A DNA stretch of 58,137 bases, filler included, from Sphacelaria rigidula (lineage: Eukaryota), in NCBI GenBank assembly GCA_964200075.2. It is 5 parts of 5 records of this genome, joined end to end, with 100 filler letters (N's around TTAATTAATTAA, not from the genome) between each part and the next. Parts side by side here need not be neighbours in the genome. Positions count along the whole stretch, not along the records: positions 23,298 to 34,845 come from CAXNAA020004802.1; positions 34,946 to 46,491 come from CAXNAA020004803.1; 3 more parts are not named here. One strand, 5' to 3'. Below the pieces are notes generated by a model. That model saw nothing but the letters and a program-made list of their open reading frames with translations, had not been told where the DNA came from and ran no database searches. Below are positions 26,153 to 40,140 of the stretch, piece after piece. Made by a program: the position numbers and the translations under genes. Positions within the stretch are counted from its first letter, which is position 1; each line of letters begins with the position of its first letter.

Positions 26153-26714
26153 GACTGAGTTTTAATCTCGGGAATTGTGCCACAGCTTGTGCGGCACCAC
26201 ACCGCACAAAACTGACTGTACGCGAAAATTCAATCTCCGCCGTTTTCGTTTGGCTAATTTCGCTGCACATAGTATCCCCAACTCTCTACACTTTCGCACT
26301 TGATTACAGTTTGACATTTTGTTTGACGAGACCTTGTCGGATCGCAGTGCTACATGGATTTGAAGACGCACGCTGATTCGCCGATTACCACGATGTGTCA
26401 CAGTGGGCACAACTCGCGATACATCGTGAGTTAGAACGGCGGGCTGAAGGAAAGTGAGCTTCTTGGGCGGACCAGCGTGTACAGGTGGAAACATACTGGA
26501 CCCTGCATTATATATGGAAATGTACCCAACCGTAGACAAAATATTTCTACAGTCAGTACCCCAGCTACGGCTGTGTTACCATTCAGCTTCGCCCAAGATA
26601 CATGCAGCCATTACCGCGGCGGAGGCGGCCTTTGACTCCTGCGTGCACCACCTGGGGCAAACGCACGCTGTAGCTGCAACACGGACAGCTTTACAAATCT
26701 TACGTAGCGATATA

Positions 26715-27154
26715 ACACGGGATTTCACAAATTGAGGATGGATCTTTTTTTGGGGATGACAAACCCGGATAATTAAAATCTTCGTATCCACACCAAATCT
26801 TCGAAACATGGTTCCATTCCTTCACCTACTAATAGTTATTAACATGGTACACGTCATACAAATATGGATTTCAATCACTGAAATGTTGGGGTCCCAGGTA
26901 TATTTTTTTTTCTGGGGAATTCCGGGTGTCTGTACGGACACGAAAATGGTTCCTATATCAGTTTTTGATCTAGAACCCCAAAATTTGCGTGATTGAAATC
27001 CAAATTTCTATGGCGTGTAGCAGTTGTCAATAACTAATAGTAGGTGAAGAAATGGAACCATATTTCGAAAGTTTGATGTGGATACGAACATTTTTATTCT
27101 CCGGGTTTCTCATCCCCAATAAAAGATCCATCCCCAATTCGTAAGATCCCGTGT
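26715..27154. mobile_element. MITE with long (about 125-bp) imperfect TIRs, ACACGGGAT...ATCCCGTGT
   Basis: The ends are reverse complements and TATA flanks both sides. Same family as 31238..31666. Confidence 0.85.
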
Positions 27155-27968
27155 TATATACTGTAGCGCGTGGCGTGATATCCCGCCTACACGTTTGCCG
27201 CAGATATGAGCGGCTACGTTCATGATGTGGCGAACTGCATAGGACAACGCGAAATCGATGCAGGACAGGAATAGGCTAAGGATGTCACATCCTGCGGCGT
27301 GCTTTGTCACCCTTCACCCTACCGCTGTGCAGTGAGCAGGTTGTACCGCCGAATGCCTCACGATGCGGTTGGTACACAGTAGTGTCAGCTGCACACCCCT
27401 AGGGTGACCTCTGCATTGAATTCAATAAAACTCCTTGGATTAAAATACACACGGAGAGCGTTATTTTCGAGCAGCACGCGCGTTAGCGTTTTCCGTGTTG
27501 TCGACATCGTACCAGCGCGTTGTGCGTAAAGCGCTGTACTCCCCTGTGGCAGCCCGTCACGGTAGTGCTTGTCATGTTTCATCACGCTTTATTCGAAAAC
27601 ACGCAGAAGAGATGCCAGCGAATCCATCTTTGTTGCACTTGGAGTGTGGTGAACCAGTTCTTCTTCGATAGAACCCCTGCATGCTGCATGTTGTACCAAA
27701 TAGCATATACCGTACCAGTCAAAAAAAGGGATATGCAATATGTGTACGCCACCGAAATGCTCTGGTTATCATGAACTGTGTACGACGCGCCGGAAGCGTA
27801 GCTTTTGTCAGGGAATGCTAGGACGCAACCATACTGCAGTACAGGCAGTATGAAACACGTGATTCGAACGAGACACAAAACGAAGCATTTACATTATGAT
27901 AAATCCCTGGGCGTTTTGGTACTGAAACGAGTCCACCAGTCCCTCCACTGCCTACCGTACAAAGATAG

Positions 27969-28227
27969 CAAGGGTTGGACGAATCAACGATTCGTCCGGA
28001 AATCATTCGATTTTTAGTGTAATTGATTCGTACCGTACGAATCAATCCTTAGGCTTTGTTTTCAGCGTTGCAACCCAGGTACGCGTAGCCCCGGCACGTG
28101 GAATGGCGCAAAAGTTACGTGGAGACCTGTTTGACCAGCAGTCGACTTTTTTCTCTCTTTCGAGCAATCAGGCCTAAGAAAGCGTGGATTTGGTGATTCG
28201 AATCGGCGACGATTCGTCCGAACCGTG
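27969..28227. mobile_element. hAT-type MITE
   Basis: TIRs CAAGGGTTGGACGAATC / GATTCGTCCGAACCGTG. The 8-bp flanks AAAGATAG and GAAGATAG differ at one base. Confidence 0.7.
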
Positions 28228-29429
28228 GAAGATAGATATCACGTGTAAATGACACAATTTGTGTTACGGGCAGACCTTGTCACTTCAGAGGAAAAGGGCC
28301 CAGCCGAGACCACTCCGGATTCACCGCCGAAATCCGAGACGGCAACGTCCCCGACATCGAAAGAAATTCAAATTAGAAGCGCCCTGGACACAGGGCAATC
28401 TTTGATTATGAGTAAAGCTCCCTCCCCCCTCTCCAACATGCACAATGTCCTGCAGAGGTCAGATTCTTCATGTACAATCGTTCAAGGGGAGATCGGGTCG
28501 GTAGATTTCACCAGTTGGTAGGGGTTTATTGGTTCGACTTGGTTCTAGAGTGAACACCGGAATCTGGATCTTCAAAAAGAGCTGCGATCCAAGAGTGATC
28601 CTAACGTGCGCAAAACACGTTTTTTTTTTTAAATCACCGCCTGCGGCGCTGATTTTAGGTCTGGCGACCCCCCTTGCCCAAGGGTCCTCGGTATGCCTTC
28701 GTTGGGGTGAGGGTTAAGGCTAGGCTTAGGTTCAGAGTTAGAGTTGTTCGAACTCATAAGTTTTCGAAAAAGTTCTCACATACCAAGTGGTAAAACTAAC
28801 ATCGGTCGGGTAAAGTATACACGATATTTTGGTATTTTGATACGCCGAACACACTTTACACTTTATGCCCGGTACGCTCGTACTATACGCCCGTCTAGTC
28901 TAGAGTTGTAGTAGTACTGTCTTTTACACTTGTAGTGTTCTCTGTACTGCACTTTCGTTGTACTTTATTCTACTGTATTATAATGAATAGCTAAGGTTAA
29001 TTCATGAATAACTACAGCTGATGAAGTAAGTCCACATGCCCTAGATGGGGGGGGGTCCACACAACTGTCTGGTCTTGAGTGACAGAATGTGTATGATAAA
29101 CGTTTATTAGGTCCGCTGAAATGCAGCTGACACGTGAAGACAGGAAAGTCTGCAGGCCTGATCAGACTGCAGCAAACAAGACCAGGTCTAGGCGTGTCTA
29201 CGTTGAGGGGGGCTGCAGGAGCAGAACCAAGAAGGTTGTGAGGTAGTGGTACGGCGGGCTGTGGTATCACTCGTGCGCAAGGTGCAAGGGAGGGTTGAGC
29301 GGCAGCTGGCGAGCCCGTGAGCGTGCCAAAAAAGTGAGTAATTGCCACATGGTGTAGTCAGCAATAGCGAGAGTGGGCTTCTTCAATCAAGCTTGGCCAG
29401 TTGCGGTCAACAAGAGGAGTCTAGGGGCT

Positions 29430-29940
29430 TCAAGACGCGGTGAAAACTGCGTGAGGAAGAGGCGTTGTCGTCGTCGTTGTATTTTGGCATGGCGCGTCTT
29501 GGTGTATGGGAAGATCTGTTGTTCCTTCATTGGGAGGACCCCAGTTTTTTTCCAAAATATTGTGTTCATTATACACAAGGTGCAGCAGTTTGTCCCAGTT
29601 GATGGTCATCTTGCCCGTGAGCTGGAAAGTTATGTCGTCATCGATGGTCGCGTTGTCCATCTGCAGATTCTGGATACGCCATACTACCTACGGTCGCAAG
29701 TTCTATAGCGAGTAAAATCTCCCCACTTTTAGGGGCAGTATGAGGACAATCTTCGTCAAGTTGGTGCACGAAGCGAATGCGCGTCAGGTAGGGGGTGGAA
29801 CGTTCTTGAGGAGCCAGCGGTTTCTGACCGCGTACCCAAACATATATTGAGCACTGTTGGTGTGACACGTTCTTTAATCATCCTCATCATGTTGGGCACG
29901 AGAAATGGCTCTTTGCGTTGCGCAAACATGCGTCTTGTGC
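29430..29940 (-). pseudogene. Possible highly decayed Copia RT/RNase H remnant
   Basis: Only loose resemblance: DITFQLTGKMTINWDKLL to the RNase H end motif and PQERSTPY to the R-R-S-T-x-G-Y motif. Many stops. Confidence 0.3.
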
Positions 29941-29959
29941 ATTTTCGGGTGTAATTCAC

Positions 29960-30520
29960 GGTGATGTGAAGATCGAAAGAGTCACACTGCATGCATGTGT
30001 CTATCGGACAGGACAGGCACGACAGTGCACCCGTGGAGAGTGCAGCACTTCGAGCACCCACGCTTTTGAAGCAACGATGCGGGGTAGCTGCCTGAACTCT
30101 TACGATAGTGAAGATGACACATCATGTGCCTACCCGAGAGAAGAGGCCCGACAACTCGCCCGCTGAGAGTGCAGTAGTTCGAGGTCGCCCGCGTCAGAAG
30201 CAACAAGGCCGGGCAGCTGCCTGCACTTTGAAGGGTAAGAAGGCGACACAGCCTGTCTCTGCCGGTCTGAGGGGGAAGGCACGACAATGCGACTACTGAG
30301 AGTGCAGTAACTCGAGCTCGCCCGCGGCTGAAGCAATAACGAGGGGCACTTCGAAAGGCTTGAAGGTGACACAGCATGTGTCTGTCCGAGGGGACACACA
30401 CGGCAGCACGAACCGTCGGAGTTCAGTAGTCGGTGCTGATTTGGCAGCCACTGGTACTGCTGTTTGAAAGGGTAGACGAGTCACACAGCGCTCGTCAGTC
30501 CGAGGGGACAGGCCCGAGAG
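29960..30520. repeat. Degenerate tandem repeat, unit about 130 bp, 3-4 copies
   Basis: Recurring GAGAGTGCAG, GAAGCAA, GACACA and GGCACGACA blocks at about 130-bp spacing. Confidence 0.65.
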
Positions 30521-30689
30521 TGTTAGTTGCCGTCCAGGAGCGAGTCGGGCAGGAGGTGGTGGCTGAAGCGAGTATGGTTGATCCTCCCCTCACTTCTTTC
30601 GCTGGTGTTGACAGGGCGGTACCTACATGGGCCGATGAGGAAGTGCTGATAGATTAAGGCCCCAGTTGCTTGTTGCCGCCAGACCAGCG

Positions 30690-31145
30690 CGCAGCTGAAG
30701 ATGTTCCTTGTATGCCCGAAGCTGCAGGGTATTATTTACGTAATTCGAGCGAGCAGAGCGAGCTTGGGACTCGCCATGCTCATGGCGAATCTATCTGCGC
30801 CAACGATAAAAGCGGGAGATCGTTCACATCATTCATAGGCGTGTCTACTTGAAGGAAAGATAGATGTCGGGTTGGCTGAGTTGCCGACGGAGTAGCGTGT
30901 AGCTGAGAACACGCCTTGTATGCTCGAAGCAGCAGGGGTGCGTTATTCGCGTAATACGAGGGACCTGACCGAGCTTAGGGCTCTCCGTGCCTATGGAGAA
31001 TCTATCTGCGCCGATATGGCAAGAGATCGTTCAGATGATTCACAGAGGGTGTCTGATGGAAGGAGAAGTGGATGCCGGGTTGGCGGAGTTGCCACGGAGC
31101 TTTGTGTAGCTGAGGACACGCCGTTGGTGCTCGAAGCAGCAGAGG
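30690..31145. repeat. Degenerate tandem repeat, unit about 207 bp, just over 2 copies
   Basis: Repeated GAATCTATCTGCGCC, GAGATCGTTCA, CGGGTTGGC.GAGTTGCC and TGTAGCTGAG...TGCTCGAAGCAGCAG. Confidence 0.75.
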
Positions 31146-31237
31146 AGTGCAACCCGCTTGAATTGGGTAGGCAAAACGAGCTTTAGAATTGTGGAGCTAT
31201 GAGCGCTCAATTTTCCCACGGCGACGTCGAGCGTTGA

Positions 31238-31666
31238 ACACGGGATTTTCCAAATTGGGGATGGATGTTTTATTGGGGATGAAAACCCAGAGAATTCAAA
31301 TCTTCGTATCTACACCAATCTTTCGAAGTATGCTTCCATTTCTTCACTTGCTGGTAGCTATCGGCAACTACTACATTCCATAAAAATTTGGCTTTAACTA
31401 GCCGGAATGTCGGGGTCCTAGATGAAAAACCAATGTTGGGGAATTTAGGTGTCCGATCGGACGCCAGGATTGGTTTTTGACCTACGACCCCGAAATTTCG
31501 TTCATTGAAGTCCAAATTCATATGGCGTGTAGTAGTTGTCAATAGCTACCAGCGAATGGAGAAATGGAAGCAAACTTCGAAGATTTGGTGTGGATACGAA
31601 GATTTTAATTCTCCGGGTTTTTCATCCCCAATAAAACATCCATCCCCAATTTGGAAAATTCCGTGT
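31238..31666. mobile_element. MITE with long TIRs (second copy of the 26715 family)
   Basis: TTTTCCAAATTGGGGATGGATGTTTTATTGGGGATGAAAA at the left end is mirrored at the right end. The inverted match extends about 130 bp. Confidence 0.88.
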
Positions 31667-33140
31667 TGTAGAATGATGCTGGGGTGGTCGTATGCACTGC
31701 CGTTTGCATGGACAGATTTGATGTGTTTGGCGGCGTTGATCAAGACGTCTCTTCCGTTGCACTGTCAGGTGCTTGAGGAGGAGGATGTAACGCCATCGGG
31801 AGGTGTTGCTGTGCAGGACTGTGTGGCTGTTCCCGCTTCGCCTCTCGTTTCCTCTCTAAGATCGACCGAAGAAGAAATGTTCTGTAATGCGCACGTGCCA
31901 ATCTGGAATCATGGGACTTGTTTTGAGCAAGAATTTGTTAATTTGGCGTAAGCTATCGCTATCAAACTCGGAGTGGTGCAATTAGCGTGTTTATGATGGA
32001 CGATATTTGAGGGTCTCTTGCAAATTGTTCGGAAATTGGGCAAGCTGTCTGGAGCTACTATCGGAAACAGCGGCAGGGATTGCTATTCAAACGCGACGGT
32101 ATAATAATACGAGACAATAATGACGTCTGAGTTTGTTAAGCTCTAATTTGACTACTTATCGGTAGTAAGCGAGCTTTGGGGTGCTGTAGGCTCTAGCTAC
32201 CATTGTTACCTAGGTTTGGAACATTATTTAGGCCGAACAATACGTAGTATGCGTTCACCCGTGATTGATGGATCGCGGGTCTACGGATCTGATAGGTGAA
32301 CTCTGTGAATGTTTTATCTGCATTGTTTGGGGGGTTGGCTTTTCCGCGGGTCTGTGGATCTGATCGGTGGGCCATGTGCGTGTTTTATCTCCATGGTGTG
32401 TGGGGTTGGTTTTTCCATTCCATGGGAGAGAGTCTATGACCCTGTTTTCCGATACGATGGACAGCTGATCGATTGACTGATTGATTCGATCGATTGATTG
32501 ATTGATTGTCGCACTTTCACTGACTGCTAAAGTCAACAGTCCATGATCGGAGGGGTTTAGATAGCTGTCTGGTCTTGAGTGACAGAAGTCTCAAAGCCGT
32601 GACCCTCTCCGTTTGTTTTTCGTTTGGTCATGGCAGTATGTTGTGGCCAACACTTTGATTGTACAATCGCCTAAAAGGACGATACTTGGCTTGTGTTGCA
32701 GCCCGCATGTTCCAACACGAAGGGGTCAAAAGGTCCACTCTTTGACCGCCACGGAGTGATACCGCGATAGCCCCCCTCCCAAAAGGTATAAAAAAACTGT
32801 CACGAAGAAATAGCCATACAGCGCATCGAGGTGATGGGTTACTTCAGAAACCAGGTCTTGGAATTTATCAAGGATAAGGACAGCTGGTTCCAGCAAGCTG
32901 GATTAAAATATTACCCCTGAGAAAATAGATGAAGCTGATTTCGAAAACTACCTCTTGAAATTTATCGTGGAGAACGCCGGTATAGCTGCTTTCAAAGACC
33001 GTGTCTCAACACCTCACATGTAGATTTTACCTCATCCAAGAGACATTCTCCAACCAATCATCACAGGATCCAAAGTGATATTCACATGTTACTGTTCTCC
33101 TCATGCTAGAGGCTACAGACGTGTCACTCAAGATTAGATA

Positions 33141-33395
33141 GCTGACACTTTTTACGATAGCCCCCCCCCCAAACCAGCCAAAAGTGTCACGGAAAAAATG
33201 AGCATACAGTGGGTGATGCTTTGGTTCAGGCTGCATAAAGCGCCTCATACTGGTAATACTTGCTAAAACGAACGCGGTCGTGAGAATTCCCCAGCTGCTC
33301 GTTGTGCTCGGCTTTTCTCATTTCGATTTACGTGAAGATTTTGCCTGCCAAAAACATGCACTTTTTTGGGGGGGGCTATCGTAAAAAGTGTCAGC
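33141..33395. mobile_element. MITE with about 28-bp perfect TIRs flanked by TA (Tc1/mariner-like target site)
   Basis: TA|GCTGACACTTTTTACGATAGCCCCCCCC ... GGGGGGGGCTATCGTAAAAAGTGTCAGC|TA. A related decayed end lies at about 32760-32830. Confidence 0.85.
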
Positions 33396-33589
33396 TATGT
33401 GGACCCTTCCCATCATAGGCCCATAGACTTCACCTACTTTACTTGTGAATTCATGTATTGATCCTCAGCTTTTCATAGTACAGGAGAACAGGACCGTATT
33501 CTCTCTCTGGCGGAGTAAAACCACCCATCAGATCCACAGAACTGCGATCCATCAACTATCGGTAAACGCCTACAGCGTATTGCTGCCCG

Positions 33590-34004
33590 GGAACCGTAGG
33601 TAGGGTGCTGTACCGAGCGTACCCCCGGTATTTACAAGGGCATCCCCTATCGTTGTATGCGTGGGTATCGTAGGTATGACTTTCGAAATTACCTGAATGA
33701 GCGGGTGCGGTAAGTAGTGAAATCTCGAAGTATCGTGGTATTGTTGGTATCGTTGGTAGGAGCTTTGAAAATACCTGATGGAACGGGTGCGGTAGGTACT
33801 GGTATCTCGAAATACCGTGGTATCGTAGGTATGGTACGTACAACATTCGAAAATACACGATTGGGCGGGTACCGGAGGTACTGGTATCTCAAAATACCGT
33901 GGTATCGTGGGTATCGTAGGTCTAACATTTGAGAATGCCGGATTGGGTCGGTATCGGTAGGGTATGAGATGTCCCACATACCGGTACCGGGTACCTAACT
34001 TACC
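33590..34004. repeat. Element with internal ~80-bp tandem subrepeats (GGTATCGTAGGT-rich)
   Basis: About four units carrying CGGGT.C.G, ATCTC.AAATACCGTGGTATCGT.GGTAT-like blocks. Homologous to 23022..23197. Confidence 0.8.
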
Positions 34005-34012
34005 CTCTATAC

Positions 34013-34337
34013 TAGAGCTCAGAGATGGTTTGTTTAACCATTAACCAGTTAAATGGTACATAATGGTTTGGTCATAGAGCGGTGCAGCCGCGCGCCAACC
34101 CCTCTACAGCAAAGAGGACCCCGCTGGAGGCGCCGCGCCGAAGACACGCTTGTACGCGATTTGGTTCGCTGGAGCTAAAACATACGTTGAATTCGGGCCA
34201 ACTTTCAAGGGCTGTATGTAGCATACATAGCCGGTAACGCAAAATAATGGTTGGAACCATTATCCAAAACAACTATTACCATTTTTACCGTTATAATGAC
34301 AGTGGCCAGTTATAACTGGTACCATTTCCGAGCTCTA
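34013..34337. mobile_element. hAT-type MITE with a perfect 8-bp target-site duplication
   Basis: TIRs TAGAGCTCAGAGATGGT / ACCATTTCCGAGCTCTA. CTCTATAC occurs at both 34005-34012 and 34338-34345. Subterminal ATGGT/ACCAT motifs are present. Confidence 0.92.
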
Positions 34338-34845
34338 CTCTATACTGATTTCGAAGCTGTCATCCAGCAGTGTGGAGAAGCGTTTCAGGGCGTGTCTGAG
34401 CACTTTTTCCTCCGATTGAGAAAATGGAGCGGTGGAGTTGATGTGACCAGAAACCGCTCTTTTTTTGTCCAGTTGTGACTACGCGGGTTTTCAAGCTTTC
34501 GATCAATAAGCGATAGTGAAATTCGTGAAACGCTGCATAGTCACTCGTGTACAGTGCAGACGGTCTGTACTGTCTGCACTGCTTGCAAGCAGTGTGTCTT
34601 GAGTGCGTGTGTGCGTGTCTCATACAGTAGGATTTATCGAGCCCTCCTGTACTCAGAACAAGGTGACAAGACTGCTCCAAGGGCTTCCTCCCTCACTAGG
34701 GCTTAGAGACTTCAAGGCAGTTGTCGTTCACAAACACACAGTTTTCGTTATCGGAAGTAACCTCGCACCTCCTTGAACACATATACTGTGAAGCAGTAAT
34801 AACAGCCGATCATCTATGTTGAGGATGGTGCTTTTCATTGAGGAT

Positions 34846-34945
34846 NNNNNNNNNNNNNNNNNNNNNNNNNNNNNNNNNNNNNNNNNNNNTTAATTAATTA
34901 ANNNNNNNNNNNNNNNNNNNNNNNNNNNNNNNNNNNNNNNNNNNN
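34846..34945. other. Artificial 100-bp contig spacer
   Basis: N run / TTAATTAATTAA / N run. Confidence 0.98.
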
Positions 34946-37900
34946 AATGTATTTGTTGATGGTCGCACATCAACTGATTCCCTGAGGGATCCGATCCCGC
35001 CGCGGTCACAAGATTAACGTACCTAGGGTGAACTAGACGGACACGCTTGCCAAAAAAAAACGGGAAAGAGAGAGGGCCAAAGATGGAATGAACAAGAAAC
35101 ACGAATCGGTTTTGATTGAACAAAATATGAGAGACAAAACAAATAAAAAATACATGAACACGAAAATAGAGCGAGAAGGAGATTGACAACATATCTAATC
35201 GAGATGGTCCCGATGAAAGAATGTAGATAATGACGAAAAGTTAAAAGGGAAGGAAGAAAAGAAGGAGGAACGAAGGAAGGGGGGCGATGGACAACAAAAA
35301 CGAAACAGCCAACCCCTGCAGCACGGGTCTCAGGTGAAACAAGACCGTGCGAGAGACGAGCTAAAGAGACCAAAGAAGCTGCTTGGAAACCACACTATCT
35401 AGACATGCGCTGTCACCCACGGGCTTACGGGGCGGGACACAAACATCACTACAGTGTAGGAAATACAAAATGAGAAACTCTATTAATGACATAAGAGACA
35501 GAGAGAGGAAGAAAGATACACAGATGGATAGCGCGCATGTAACACGGAAAAGAAGAAAAATACGAAAGAGAAGAAAAACAATGCTCGTGTACTTCGTCAG
35601 CCCTTGAACACTACGTCGGCACGAGGTACTATAGCCTCCATGATATACAACGGAGACCCATTCACAGTTTTGCATCACGCGCCGAATTTCGAGCCACGTT
35701 TGTGAGCTCAGGCAGGCTCGCTCGGTGACTTTGAAGTAGGATATGCAGATAGCAGCTACATGTAATATCACATACTCCCTCTGTGCCTTAGGAAAGGTTT
35801 TTCACGGAGTGCAAATTGTATCTCCCCGACGGAGATGCTCACGATGCTGTGGTCGGACTCGTTGAAAAGATAAAATCATGGAAATGCGCGTTGGACAAAA
35901 AGTTCGAGTCGTACTGAGAACGTTGGTATATAAATGGCGTTTATCGGGAACCGATGTGGAGAATATACCGGCGTGGTAGAGGGCAGGAACGTTGGAAAGG
36001 GAGATGCAATCAAATACAATCAGGAGGCCTTCACCAAGGCCTCGGACTGTCTTACATCACGTTCTAGTGAGGGCGAGGACAACTATTTTTTGTTTCAGCC
36101 TCCCTCCCCTCCCCGTGGGTTTTGGGCAAAATGCCACCATTTTCGGACCGATCGTTTATTTTCTCGACCGTTGGTCAATGAAGGGTAGCGCGCAAACAAC
36201 AACAACATAAAGGTTCCGACTGAAAAACGTCAAATATGCACAGAGCAAGCATTCTTCATGTAATGTGAGTCCGTTCTCTCACGTGAACTTGGGTGCATAT
36301 TACATCGGCCCCGGGCAACAGCGTGTTCCCACTGCGATGAAGGCACCCACAGCTACCCGTGCATGTTTCGGACGGCTCGGTCAGATGTGTTGTTTGTCGC
36401 CTGAGGCATCCAGCGATGCATCCCCAATGCTCTGCCTGGCTCAGCGTTGTGTACAGACGTGTCCGACCAGCCAGAACGTGCACTTGGTTGGGTATCCGTG
36501 TAAGCTTGACTTCCGTGGAGTCGTCCGCTTGTGCGCTGCGTGCGCATCACGCGGCCTTTCAGGCTCCTGTCACTTGGCGAAAATAGCTGTGTAAAAGGGC
36601 TTTAATGACACATGTTGTAATGTCGGCGTCGAAAGTATATTTGGCAGCGGGTTCGTGCTTTTCTCGTCATGGATGAACATCCTCTCATTGTTTTCCGGTC
36701 ACAGCGAATGCTCTAAGTTAGTGCATTGCGGGCCCGTAGTCATGAATTGTTGATTTTCATGTTAGATACTGCACCTTCGCTCAATGTTTGGAGCCGATGA
36801 AACCGATCATGACTGCGTGTATGCACACGATGTTACTGGCGATACTTGACGCAAATGGCGCAGACAGCCATGGGCCGATCTGTAGGTATAACTCTGCTAT
36901 CAAGAGCTGCAGCGCTGTTGTGCCTAGGACCGGTGGGTTCAGTAGCGGACAGAAGAGACGTAATGAAGGACTTCCAAGGAAGCAGGGACATTTGGACGTT
37001 CGGCGAAGTCCGCCACCTCGCCTTCGATTACCGTATGGCAGCAGTGGTGGAGCACCTCAAGGCCACGAATCAACCGCGGACACTGTTTGGTAGCGGTGGA
37101 AACGATGCGTTGACGTGAGTCCTTGACATAGAGATGGTGTGAACCGCGTGGTGCTGTGCTGTGGTGCGCTGCGCTGTGCTGTGTTTGCTTGTGTGCTTGC
37201 GTGTCGGAATCAATAGCTCACTTTTGTTTTGGGCTTCGTTTGCCCACCGGAGTTGCAGCTGCGAGCGTTACAAAGTTGGAGTACACCGTCAGCATCAGTA
37301 CCGTATTGCCGACCTCCAACGCCACAGTGATGAGTCGTGGTGATCTGATCTGCCGCCGGCGAGGATTGAAATCGCCATCCATCCCTTGAAAAGTGTAGTG
37401 TGTGATGTACCAGGTACAGCTTCCCCCGAGATATGATACCCTGCACCTCCTTTGACCCTTGCATGTGCGAACAAAACATTTAGCATTGAAGAGCTATTGG
37501 ACACGACTCCCGTGGCACACATCCGCCAGGCCATCGTCAACGTAACCGCTGCAACGCCGCTCAACAAAAAGGTATCCTTGGCCGAGTTTGCCTGTACTGC
37601 AAACGCAGACGACACTTGCCATCTACGCACATGTGGAGGTGACGGTGGGCTGTTGGCGTGCGTCGACCAGTGCAACCGCGAGAAGGGTCTGGTGTTTGGG
37701 AAGCGTCCGGCTGCCGGCGCGTGTCATGCGTTGTGCATCGTAGCGGCCGAGCCATGCCGCAGGTACGTTATCCCAGGCGGTGTAGAGGTTCACGCACACT
37801 CGTCTAGGCAAACATGGTGTTTCGAAATCTAGCCGTTTCGACGTATGGTTCTAGTTGTGTTGGTATGCTCAATCCTGTCTCCGGCTGGAAGGGGGAAGGT

Positions 37901-40140
37901 AAGGGAATACAGCTGGATAGTGTACGATGTTTACACCACGAGTGGACAGGGCTACCCGCTAGTAGTCGGTATGATTGATTTGGCGATGCCGACTGGACGT
38001 TGACGTTGCTGTTGACCGTGCATTGTCCTTCCTTTTGTTTCATCCTTCATTTTTCTCCTTCAACTCAACAACAAACACGCGGAAGATCGATGCATTAATG
38101 ACTTCTGCACGTGGCGCGATTTTTCTGACCAGCATTCGCCGCAACTTTCGGCGGAAGCTTCGCTGTTTACATCGTCATCCTGGTAACGTACTTGTCATGA
38201 GCAGTAGGCCTTTGTGGTCGGCTTAGAATCTAACATGGGCTCCCCTTGGTTTTCACAGCCTTTCCCTGCGATTAAACATAAGAGCTGTTACCTCGCAGGT
38301 GCGTGCCCGGATGGAAAGGCGTACCGGACGGCTGGACGCCGACCGCAGCATCGGAAGTTGTCCGCTTGACGAAACACTTTGCGCTCAGTCACAGCAAGAC
38401 TTTGGCCAGAATCATGAACGTAACGGTGAGCGTACTCCGCACCTACCTATCCTACCGCTATGCTTGAATCGCGAAACTGGCTGTAGGGATTAAGCAGCGC
38501 GGTAAACGGGTTATTTTTTTAGTAGAGATATGCGTATGCTGGGGTCGGTGGGGCATCACGTCGAAAATTTGACTCTTCTGGCACACCGTTACCAACGATT
38601 GCTTCCACGCGCCAGGGGATACAGGGGTACGTTCGATGCCGTCACAGACACAGAAGCGGGAGTCTGGTTAGTCGAAAAACAAACAATTACACCGTCCGTC
38701 CAATAAGCTGGGCTGTTTTAGTTTGTGTCAAACGGTCATCAGCTTCGATTTCTGCACTGGCTGCATGTCTCAAGTCGTCATATGTCGGGGTAAAAAGCAG
38801 AATCACCCCGATCTGCCCAGCCCACGACCTGCACGAGAGGCGCAGAGGAAAAGGAACGGTTTGATGATCACAGTGGGGCAGCGGTACAAAGATCACCCAT
38901 TTTAGGATCTCGAGCGGTCGACATGCACGACAGTTTTCTCCTTTTCTTCCGCAAACATGATCTGCCCTCCTCTTTGATGGATTATTAGGCGCTTCAGACC
39001 GTCACAGCCCGAGAACCTCTAAACGTGCCTATATTTTTGTGCCCTTTTACTGCCCGGGGTGCTAAGCTCGGACGATTTTTGTAGCGATTTATGCTTTGAC
39101 GGCGCTCAGAGCGCGGTGAGTCCGGTGGAGTCCACTGAAAGCTCGCGGTCAAGAACCGAAACACACGAAGGATCCCGAAAAAAATGCGATCAGAAAATGT
39201 CGACCATGGCTACTCATCTCACGAAACTCAGCACCTTACTTCTTGGACAGGGACGGTATTGTGGAGGTAACCACGGGAAAAGATGCAAACGCCTGACTCC
39301 TGGTTGACGGATGCCGTAAGCTTGAACCTAGCCCTAAATCGTTCCCAGCAGATTCGACCTGGCTTACGCTGGCCACGGGTGTCTATTTCGCTTTTCTTGC
39401 CGTTGTTTTTGTATGCATTTGCCTCGATCGCTTCACCCCTTACAAATGGCCTGGCCACCGACAACTTGCACGCACGAAATTGAACACCACCCAGCCGACT
39501 CAACGTACTGGAGAGCTTTTCCACAAGTGCATTTGTGGCGCTTTCCAGGCACGAATATTCGTGTCACGACAAACCATATATGATTTTTCCTTCCACCTGA
39601 CGTTTGGATTTTTCCGGCGCCCGTTCTTGGAACAACCGATCATGGCGCACAGGAAGTCATGCTTGCGTGCATTGTAGCTGTGTGGCTCGCACAGGTCGTC
39701 ACTTGCTTCGTTGTGGCGGTCAGCACCAGGACTGGACTAAAACGGTAAGTCTTCGGGGGAGGGTAGCAGGTGCGAAAGTAAGGACCAGGCGCTTCGTCGT
39801 CGTATGCGTGAGGCCTTGTCGGGTGCCCGCTGAGAAAAAGGCATGGACCACGGGGAAATAGGACAATGGCATTCGAGTGACGGCATCGTTGTTCCGTATG
39901 AAACGCTGCCCTTCTTGTACTTGGGCTCAGCTAATCACAGGCAATGAGGGTAACGACAGCATGTTGCTGTGTTTGTCGCTCCTTTTTTCTTTCGCCGATG
40001 TGATACCGCCTTTATCTCTCTCACAGCCGAAATGGCCCTGACGAGAAAGACGACAACCTTCCATATCGTTCGCAACGTATCGCGCTTGACCCACCAAAAA
40101 CAGGAATCGCCTCGCCACAAGGAGCATAGCAAGAACCGGG

